Shown here: positions 57,336-64,000 of the stretch, in pieces
How positions within the stretch are numbered: position 1 is the stretch's first letter
Layout: every line of letters begins with the position of its first letter
From: a virus
Lineage: Duplodnaviria > Caudoviricetes
DNA length: 64,000 nt
IMG/VR virus record: IMGVR_UViG_3300046820_001270
Span: 32,001 to 96,000 of that record
Strand: one strand, 5' to 3'
Made by a program: the position numbers and the translations under genes
The notes under the pieces: generated by a model
Databases searched by the model: none
Told to the model about the DNA's origin: nothing
What the model saw: the letters and a program-made list of their open reading frames with translations, nothing else

Positions 57336-58751
57336 ATGGATTTATTATTTTCGTACTCCCAACAAAAGAAGGATAAGAATAGAAAGAGAGATGAGTCTAT
57401 TAGTCAATGTTTATTGAGATTACATAAACATAATGATGAGTTGACTTATGAAGGTATATTTGAATTTGATTACGATAGATATGGAAAAGAGCAACACATA
57501 ACTTTTGAACATAATTTAGTTGTTAATTTAATTAGTGGTGATGTGTTTATAAAATACAAAATTAAAAACAATTTAGACACAGATGTTAAGATGTTTAGAA
57601 ACACCGACAGGGAAAAGAAAAATGATTTTAAGTTATTGTTTGATTTAATTGAGAATGGTATTATACGTGGAGAAAAACGAAGAGGGTATTGGGGAGTGAA
57701 ATATGAGAGAGCGGTTGAAAAGATAAGTAATTTATTTGTGCAACACATATTACCAAATTTTAAGTCACAATTTTATAAAGAAAAGAATTACGATTTAAAA
57801 CCTTTTTATAACACTATCTATGATATGTTAGTTGATTATCATTTAGACATTAAAGGTATTAAAGGACATAACGCGGTATATTACGACATTCAAAATGATT
57901 ACCCAAAAAAGAAATGGTTAGATGAAAATGATAATAAATTTTTACCGGCAGTATTAGATTATTATGGAATTAAATCTAAGTATCTTATTAAAGAATTAAG
58001 TCAGAATGTTAGACAAATTCAAATCAGTACGTTAAATTATTTCTGTAAATTATTTGGAGATAATCATGTTGAGTACTTAAAGAAATTTATATGGGAAATA
58101 CATTGTTATGATACACCACCTAACAAAAAAATACATTATTTAAAGAATGATTCGGAAAAAGATTATTTAGTAAAAGTTATTAATGATTGGGAGATAGATA
58201 CAATTAAAACCGATTCATTAATCTATACATTAAACAAATTGTTTACAATTAGAGATCTATTAGAACAAAGAGGACTTAATCTTAAATTCAAAGCAAAGAG
58301 CGATAATGAATTTGACAATATAATGGAGATGTGGTCAGGATTAAAATTACACTTTGCACGTGGGTATAAAGTAAAATACCTTATATCGGAAGATTTTGTA
58401 AAAGAAATAGAAGAAGAAATTATAATTGGTGATGAAATATTCAAACCAAAGATATTACTTACCGAGGACGATTTTAGAATTGAGGGGTTTAATATGAAAA
58501 ATTGTATGTCCAAACAGTTTGCACATGGGGCCATTTACATATTCGTTTCATTACAACATAAGAGGAAAAGAATTAATCTACAATATCGAAAGGGTAATTT
58601 GATACAATCTTATGGTAAAGCAAATACCCCTGTCACTCAAATATTTGAAGACCCAACGAATATATTAACAGAAAGATTTAAGAAATACCCAACAATAGAA
58701 TGGAAGAAAGAAAAATATGACTTTCTAACTAATTCACAATCAATAAGTTAG
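57336..58751 (+). CDS. PcfJ-like paralog
   Basis: IEG..MKNCM..I.VSL..Q..GKAN; shares YP.K..L..ND.K...A.LD with the preceding gene. Confidence 0.65.
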   Translation: MDLLFSYSQQKKDKNRKRDESISQCLLRLHKHNDELTYEGIFEFDYDRYGKEQHITFEHNLVVNLISGDVFIKYKIKNNLDTDVKMFRNTDREKKNDFKLLFDLIENGIIRGEKRRGYWGVKYERAVEKISNLFVQHILPNFKSQFYKEKNYDLKPFYNTIYDMLVDYHLDIKGIKGHNAVYYDIQNDYPKKKWLDENDNKFLPAVLDYYGIKSKYLIKELSQNVRQIQISTLNYFCKLFGDNHVEYLKKFIWEIHCYDTPPNKKIHYLKNDSEKDYLVKVINDWEIDTIKTDSLIYTLNKLFTIRDLLEQRGLNLKFKAKSDNEFDNIMEMWSGLKLHFARGYKVKYLISEDFVKEIEEEIIIGDEIFKPKILLTEDDFRIEGFNMKNCMSKQFAHGAIYIFVSLQHKRKRINLQYRKGNLIQSYGKANTPVTQIFEDPTNILTERFKKYPTIEWKKEKYDFLTNSQSIS

Positions 58752-58817
58752 TATTTTTATTCACATTTGTTTTTTATTGCAAAAATAATTTGATATATTT
58801 GTATAAACATTTAAGAT

Positions 58818-58982
58818 ATGCAAGAAAAAGAATCAAAAACAAACACACACTTTTGGATTAGTTTAGTTAAATCTTTTTTTAGGATTTGTGCCGGTGTGGC
58901 TTTATTTGATGGATCATTAATGGAAGCAGGTGGTTTATTAATTATAGCCGAGGCTCTCGGTATCGCTGAAGAAATATTTTAA
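58818..58982 (+). CDS. 54-aa membrane protein (not in the ORF track)
   Basis: Hand translation ..HFWISLVKSFFRICAG..AEALGIAEEIF; TATATTTG upstream. Confidence 0.6.
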   Translation: MQEKESKTNTHFWISLVKSFFRICAGVALFDGSLMEAGGLLIIAEALGIAEEIF

Positions 58983-58984
58983 TT

Positions 58985-59245
58985 ATGAAAACATTTAAAG
59001 ATTTAACATTTGAACCTCATCCATCTGGAACGGGTAAAATAGCAAGAATGGAATTCGGTAATCAACATGGAATAAGTGTTGTTCAAGGACATATATTTTT
59101 ACATGAAATCGATTTATTTGACATGGCGGAAATATTTAATGGAGAAGTTGTGACATCAACTAACATTATGGAGGCAACTGAAGAAGATATTACAAATAAA
59201 ATGATTGAATTACAAAAACAAGTAAATTATGGGAATATTAAATAA
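58985..59245 (+). CDS. Hypothetical phage protein
   Basis: 86-aa ORF, MKTFKDL.F..GISVV. Confidence 0.6.
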   Translation: MKTFKDLTFEPHPSGTGKIARMEFGNQHGISVVQGHIFLHEIDLFDMAEIFNGEVVTSTNIMEATEEDITNKMIELQKQVNYGNIK

Positions 59246-59531
59246 ATCAGAAAATTGGTGGTTAAGATTATCATTAGTTTTATTTGCGTTAATTACGTTA
59301 GGATCGGCGTCAGTTATTAATAGAAGTGTAACTTCGGAAAAACAAATATTAACCGACAGTTTGAATTATTATAAATTACAAGTTGATAGTTTATATGACG
59401 AAAATTTCCAATTAAATCATCACAATGGTTTACAAGAATTGATGATTTATAATTTAAGTTCTGAAAATCCAAAATATAAAGATTTAGAAAAAGATTTAGA
59501 AAAAGAAAGAAATGGTAACAAATATGAATAA
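59229..59531 (+). CDS. Membrane-anchored coiled-coil protein
   Basis: N-terminal TM helix then heptad-rich region. Confidence 0.55.
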   Translation: MGILNKSENWWLRLSLVLFALITLGSASVINRSVTSEKQILTDSLNYYKLQVDSLYDENFQLNHHNGLQELMIYNLSSENPKYKDLEKDLEKERNGNKYE

Positions 59532-59832
59532 GAAAGAAACAGAAATATTTTTAGGTGCGGGGAATAATATGGAGATGAAATCATCTCAATATGTTAATAC
59601 ACATCAAACATTACATTTAACCACACCCGAAAACGGAGCGATAAGTTTGAATGTTGAAATATCGGCAGATTTTAACACAATACCGCAAGAATATCATGAA
59701 GTATTTTTAAACATGATGTCAGCAAAATATTTAGGTAGAGTTTCATTTGGAGATAACCCATTCTCACAATGTCAACCTGTACCTAAAAGAAAATGGTATC
59801 AATTTTGGAAAAGTAAAACTTTAAGTATATGA
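59524..59832 (+). CDS. Hypothetical protein
   Basis: ORF ending KRKWYQFWK; start moved to 59524. Confidence 0.55.
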   Translation: MNKKETEIFLGAGNNMEMKSSQYVNTHQTLHLTTPENGAISLNVEISADFNTIPQEYHEVFLNMMSAKYLGRVSFGDNPFSQCQPVPKRKWYQFWKSKTLSI

Positions 59833-59969
59833 TTTATTTTATTATTGGTATTATTGGAAGCATTTTGTGGATTGCTTATGAAATGTATACAGCACCCATG
59901 ATGGACGAAGATGGAAGAATTACTAAACCAGGTAATAAATTATCAGATCTATTTAAAAAGAAAATATGA
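59829..59969 (+). CDS. 46-aa single-TM protein (not in the ORF track)
   Basis: Hand translation MIYFIIGIIGSILWIAYEMYTAPMMDEDG..; ATGA-coupled. Confidence 0.5.
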   Translation: MIYFIIGIIGSILWIAYEMYTAPMMDEDGRITKPGNKLSDLFKKKI

Positions 59970-59992
59970 TATTTATCATATAAACAACTAAT

Positions 59993-60394
59993 ATGGCATA
60001 TTCAGATAAAGTAATTGATCATTATTCTAACCCCAAAAACGTAGGAACATTAGACAAATCCAAATCAAACGTTGGTACTGGATTAGTGGGAGCACCTGAA
60101 TGTGGTGATGTTATGAGATTACAAATTGAAGTGGTAGATAACATTATAGTTGACGCTAAATTCAAAACCTTTGGATGTGGTTCAGCGATAGCTTCATCAT
60201 CGGTTGCAACAGAATGGTTAAAAGGTAAATCATTAGATGACGCAATAACAATTGATAATATGGATTTGGTAGAGGAACTAAACTTACCACCAGTTAAAAT
60301 ACATTGTAGTGTACTCGCAGAAGATGCGATTAAATCTGCGATAAATGATTACCGTGTTAAAAACGGTATGGATGAATTAGTATTTAAACATTAG
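59993..60394 (+). CDS. iscU: Fe-S cluster scaffold IscU
   Basis: YS.KVIDHY.NP.NVG, GAPECGD, KTFGCGSA, LPPVKIHCS. Confidence 0.95.
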   Translation: MAYSDKVIDHYSNPKNVGTLDKSKSNVGTGLVGAPECGDVMRLQIEVVDNIIVDAKFKTFGCGSAIASSSVATEWLKGKSLDDAITIDNMDLVEELNLPPVKIHCSVLAEDAIKSAINDYRVKNGMDELVFKH

Positions 60395-60395
60395 T

Positions 60396-60728
60396 ATGAT
60401 TACAATATCAGAAAAGGCTTTAAGTCATTTATTTGAATTAATGGTTAGTGAAGGTTTAACTACCGATACTCACCATCTTCGTGTTGGCGTTAAAGGAGGA
60501 GGGTGTAGTGGTTTATCTTACGTAATGGACTTCGATGACACAACAGAAGAATTTGATGAAGTTATCCAACTTGATGGAGGTTTAAAGGTTGTAATTGATA
60601 GAAAATCAGTTCTTTATCTATATGGTACTGAATTAGATTATTCCGACGGACTAAATGGAAAAGGATTCCAATGGGGTAATCCAAATGCAAGTCGGACTTG
60701 TGGATGTGGAGAAAGTTTTGCTCTCTAA
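60396..60728 (+). CDS. iscA: A-type Fe-S carrier (IscA/HesB family)
   Basis: GGGCSG.SY, LDY, NPNA..TCGCGESF. Confidence 0.92.
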   Translation: MITISEKALSHLFELMVSEGLTTDTHHLRVGVKGGGCSGLSYVMDFDDTTEEFDEVIQLDGGLKVVIDRKSVLYLYGTELDYSDGLNGKGFQWGNPNASRTCGCGESFAL

Positions 60729-60763
60729 TTTTTATTTTACATTTATTTTTATTATATTTTACT

Positions 60764-60961
60764 ATGGAACAAATAATAGGTGACTACAAACAATTTGTGG
60801 TATTGGAAAGAACAGTATTAGATGAGTTACTTAAACGTGCTGACGAATTAAGTGAAATGAGTGATGCGTATAGTGGTGTTAGGGCCACCGAAATTAGAAA
60901 TGTTGTGAATTTCATTAAAGAAAATAACATTTATAATAAGGATTTTAAAATTAAAAGTTAA
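60764..60961 (+). CDS. Hypothetical protein
   Basis: Start moved to ATG 60764 behind TATATT. Confidence 0.5.
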   Translation: MEQIIGDYKQFVVLERTVLDELLKRADELSEMSDAYSGVRATEIRNVVNFIKENNIYNKDFKIKS

Positions 60962-61060
60962 ATAATATGCAAATGTTAATTATATTAGGATATGTTGGAT
61001 TTGCAACACTATCCGTTTTTTCGTTTATTAATATTATTAGACAAATTAATAAAATACCAA

Positions 61061-61750
61061 ATGAAAAAGATTAAACATCCTTTGGTTAATGGGGTAGTTA
61101 AAGAAATTGTTCCACGAATATATTGTGTCATAGTTGATGATGATTATGATCGAGCAATGTTGTTCTGTCGTTATCAAGAGTTCTATGAATCACCATATAA
61201 AAAATTCAGAGGGAAACCATTCACGTGGATGGAGTATATGAGATTCTATAAAGACGCTTGGAAGAAAGATGTGTTTACATATCCTGAAGATTGGTCTGGT
61301 TATAACATACCAAGTAATATAATGGATAAAGCAAATAATGTTTTCCACAAACAAACCGAGTATGATGAAATCATGAACGATATCTATTTTTATTGTGCGA
61401 TCGATTCACAAAATAAAAATGAGGGAACAAGATGTGATTGGTATTTGATTGGAGCAAGTTCTAAAGATAAAGGAACTATGAATCACGAAATTGCTCACGG
61501 GTTATATTATACCAACAAAGTATATAAAAAGATGGTTGATATATTAATCGGTAATATTAAACCAACTCACTACGATAAGTTGAAAAAGAAACTCATTAAG
61601 ATGGGTTATGTTGATGATAAGAAGATTATTGATGATGAGATCCAAGCATTCATGTCGACAGGTTTATATAATGGATTGGACACAAAAGAACTAAAAGTGT
61701 ACGAAAAGGAGTTTAAAAACAATTTTAAAAAGTTTAACAATGTTACTTAG
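61061..61750 (+). CDS. Hypothetical protein with HExxH zincin-like motif
   Basis: NHEIAHG and downstream DEIQAF; start moved to 61061. Confidence 0.55.
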   Translation: MKKIKHPLVNGVVKEIVPRIYCVIVDDDYDRAMLFCRYQEFYESPYKKFRGKPFTWMEYMRFYKDAWKKDVFTYPEDWSGYNIPSNIMDKANNVFHKQTEYDEIMNDIYFYCAIDSQNKNEGTRCDWYLIGASSKDKGTMNHEIAHGLYYTNKVYKKMVDILIGNIKPTHYDKLKKKLIKMGYVDDKKIIDDEIQAFMSTGLYNGLDTKELKVYEKEFKNNFKKFNNVT

Positions 61751-61883
61751 TTATTTAGTTGGATTCGGTTGTAGTTTTATATTGGCGGCGGTTGTCTCAT
61801 TCTTTTGGGTGAGGGGAATTGACCATATGAAAGAAAATCACCCCGATTACGAAGGTGAGGACTTTTTTGATAGAAATAATTGA
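61740..61883 (+). CDS. 47-aa single-TM protein (not in the ORF track)
   Basis: Hand translation ..FFWVRGIDHMKENHPDYEGEDFFDRNN. Confidence 0.5.
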   Translation: MLLSYLVGFGCSFILAAVVSFFWVRGIDHMKENHPDYEGEDFFDRNN

Positions 61884-61906
61884 TAAATTGGGATATTTAT
61901 ATTGAT

Positions 61907-63373
61907 ATGAAGAAAAGAACCCTTAAAGAAGAAATAGAAAGAATACGTACCATAACATATGGTAAAAATGTTTTATTTGAGAATGATTTCCTAAATACAT
62001 TAATACAAGGAGATGACGACGATAATGTAAAACCATATGACGATCCCGAAAAGGCGGATTTAGTTGACGATAACGTAAGGAAATTCCTAAACGATTTAAA
62101 ATCAATTGATCATGAGTTATCTGAGCAAAAATTCGGTAGTATGGAATTTCAAAAAGAGGTTGAATTGGTTCAAATTGGATTAGTTCTATTAGGATATGAA
62201 TTACCAGTTCACGGTGTTGATGGGTATTTCGGTCCTGAAACGGCAGTTGCGGTTAGAAAATACAAGACGGATAATAATATTTTATCGGAATCTTCATCAC
62301 CATATAAAGGTGGTGGAAACATAACAGTTAATAGTGATATTGACAATAATATCGACGAAAGATTACAGGATAAAATTGAATCTATCGCATCTGAATATGG
62401 TAAACCATTTAGAATTAAATCAGGTTATAGGGATCCTAAAAGAAATGATATAGCTGGTGGTGCAAGTGATTCGGCTCATCTTAGACATAACGCAGTTGAT
62501 ATCGGATTACAAGACGAATCAATTGAAAATACATTAAAATTTATTGCAATTGCGTCTAAAAATGGTATTGGTGGTATTGGTGTTTATGGTCCGGGTAGTA
62601 TACACATAGACTTAGAAGGTCGTAGATCTTGGGGACCAACTTTTAAACGAGCTTCCGTTCCTTCTTGGGCTGAATCGACTATTCAAGATCATTTAAATAG
62701 TAAAATAGATACTGGATATGTGTCTAATTATGACTCAAGTTCAGATAGTCCATCGTCAGATGGTGTAAATGAAACCATCTCAACAGAAATGATACAATCT
62801 ATATCGTCTAAATTAGAAACTAGGGGGGTGACTAAAGATGAATTAGAAAAATTAGTTGATAAAGTTAGTACTGGCGGTGGTGATATTTTCACCGACTTAG
62901 ACTTAACAAATGAAGAAGATTATAAAATATACGCGAAAATTTGTGAATTGTATTTAAAAACGAGACAACCTAATCCATTGGGAATTACGGGTACAATGTT
63001 GGCAGATGGTGCTAAATCGGCATTTATTAAACATAGTAAATACGTACCACCAGAATTAGCATTGGCTCAATTGGCGGCTGAAGGTGGAGTAGGTGATCCT
63101 AATGTTAATAACAAACCAGTAAGAACTAAAAACCCTTATAATATTGCAAACATGGACGACGGTTCAATAAGAACCTATTCAACAATACAAACGGCGATTG
63201 ATGCATATTTTGACCTAATCTCTCGTAATTATTTAGGTAAAGGAAAAACATCTAACGATTTGATTTACAACTTTGTAAATCATGAAAATCAAAGATATGC
63301 AAAAGAAGAGGATTATGAAGATGTTGTAACATCAATTGCAAAACAAGTAAAAAAAATAGCAAATACTATTTAA
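61907..63373 (+). CDS. Modular peptidoglycan hydrolase: PG-binding + M15 peptidase + glucosaminidase/lysozyme-like domain
   Basis: VDGYFGPET..AVRKYK; SGYR..N..GGA.DSAH..AVDI..HID; LALAQ..EGG..NP.NI; start moved to 61907. Confidence 0.8.
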   Translation: MKKRTLKEEIERIRTITYGKNVLFENDFLNTLIQGDDDDNVKPYDDPEKADLVDDNVRKFLNDLKSIDHELSEQKFGSMEFQKEVELVQIGLVLLGYELPVHGVDGYFGPETAVAVRKYKTDNNILSESSSPYKGGGNITVNSDIDNNIDERLQDKIESIASEYGKPFRIKSGYRDPKRNDIAGGASDSAHLRHNAVDIGLQDESIENTLKFIAIASKNGIGGIGVYGPGSIHIDLEGRRSWGPTFKRASVPSWAESTIQDHLNSKIDTGYVSNYDSSSDSPSSDGVNETISTEMIQSISSKLETRGVTKDELEKLVDKVSTGGGDIFTDLDLTNEEDYKIYAKICELYLKTRQPNPLGITGTMLADGAKSAFIKHSKYVPPELALAQLAAEGGVGDPNVNNKPVRTKNPYNIANMDDGSIRTYSTIQTAIDAYFDLISRNYLGKGKTSNDLIYNFVNHENQRYAKEEDYEDVVTSIAKQVKKIANTI

Positions 63374-63427
63374 AATATTTTGATTTATTAAAAAAGAAGT
63401 TTAGATTTACACTCTAAACTTTTTTTT

Positions 63428-63814
63428 ATGCCAAATGAAATTTGTATTATCTGCGGAAAACAAACTACCATTGATGTAAACACACATATCGATTTAAGAT
63501 ATGGTTATGTTGAAGGTGCTGGTCAATGTTGTAAACAATGTTATGATAAAACTTACGGACCATCTGAAGATTATGTCAGTACCGTAATGAGAAATCGAAC
63601 AACACTTATCACAATCTCGGCCGAAGACATTTTAAACACATCAAACGATCAAGAACTTGGAGCTAAGGTTAGACAAAAGTATTGGGAGATTACGGGAGAA
63701 ACACCTGAACCACAAATGATATGTAGTCATTGTGGACAAGACACGTCTGAGATTGATTATGATTACTTAGTCAATACAGATCATTTAGAATGTGTACTTA
63801 AAATGAATCCATAA
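63428..63814 (+). CDS. Zn-finger hypothetical protein
   Basis: CIICG..CCKQC and CSHCG..H.EC. Confidence 0.6.
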   Translation: MPNEICIICGKQTTIDVNTHIDLRYGYVEGAGQCCKQCYDKTYGPSEDYVSTVMRNRTTLITISAEDILNTSNDQELGAKVRQKYWEITGETPEPQMICSHCGQDTSEIDYDYLVNTDHLECVLKMNP

Positions 63815-64000
63815 TGAATATATTTTATTTAGACAAATCACCGACTAAGTGTGCACAATATCATAATGATAAACATGTCGTTAAAATGATATTGGAAACT
63901 GCCCAATTACTTTGTGGATCTCATTGGGCAACGGGAGGTCAAGCACAATATAAATTATCCCACGTTAATCATCCATCTGCAAAATGGGTGAGAGAAGATC
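63814..64000 (+). CDS. Pyrimidine-dimer DNA glycosylase/endonuclease V-like protein, 3' truncated
   Basis: MNIFYLD..CAQYHNDKHVVKMILETAQLL..H.NHP..KWVR. Confidence 0.85.
   Translation, partial: MNIFYLDKSPTKCAQYHNDKHVVKMILETAQLLCGSHWATGGQAQYKLSHVNHPSAKWVRED

Noticed and set aside
60962-61060. Longer N-terminal extensions predicted by the ORF track (also 16429, 20789, 30864, 47070, 49904, 60698, 61880)
   Set aside because: They overlap upstream genes or promoter-like AT tracts; downstream ATGs give better coupling and cleaner domain starts.
334-62105. Many short antisense or overlapping ORFs in the track (e.g. 7534-7806, 40236-41168, 40373-40576, 57470-57748)
   Set aside because: Shadows of real genes or alternative frames of the repeat; no motifs or start context.
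1-64000. Stop-codon reassignment (TAG or TGA) as in some jumbo phages
   Set aside because: Coding density is high under the standard code, and conserved proteins (IscU ending TAG, the GT2 at 43080 ending TGA) stop at their expected ends.
1-64000. tRNA, rRNA, integrase or transposase genes
   Set aside because: None recognised; intergenic gaps are short and AT-rich. A covariance search was not possible, so small RNAs could be missed.

Overview
This AT-rich, gene-dense window is best read as part of a large (jumbo-type) tailed phage genome, not a cellular chromosome. It has fibre genes (one with a C-terminal S74 chaperone), a virion-type lysin, PcfJ proteins, a DenV-like glycosylase, a fragment of a T4 gp23-like capsid protein, and no housekeeping operons. 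Starts lack obvious Shine-Dalgarno sites and several promoters contain TAnnTTTG, which hints at a Bacteroidota-type host (inference). About 50 kb (1.6-50 kb) is a 'surface chemistry' island: GT7-LamG, GT2 and GT4 glycosyltransferases, a GT4-FkbM-heptosyltransferase fusion, seven radical SAM enzymes, five SGNH proteins, 2OG-Fe(II) oxygenases, a Trp-halogenase-like enzyme, two sulfotransferases plus APS kinase, a carbamoyltransferase, and a RuBisCO-like protein with cupin and nucleotidyltransferase. The last 14 kb holds mostly small phage genes plus a cyclophilin, IscU/IscA and a lysin. Most striking observations: (1) 14 unrelated proteins (13 enzymes or enzyme-like, one small Cys-rich) share a C-terminal K/N-rich-[ST/K/N]-[LIFM]-[LI]-COOH tag; (2) a circularly permuted ATP-grasp/Hint fusion appears able to release a six-Cys 31-mer; (3) a RuBisCO-like sugar cassette; (4) an 80-aa major-capsid-fragment protein; (5) a heptosyltransferase next to a proline-free Gly-X-Y fibre. 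All family assignments come from motif recognition; no database search was run.
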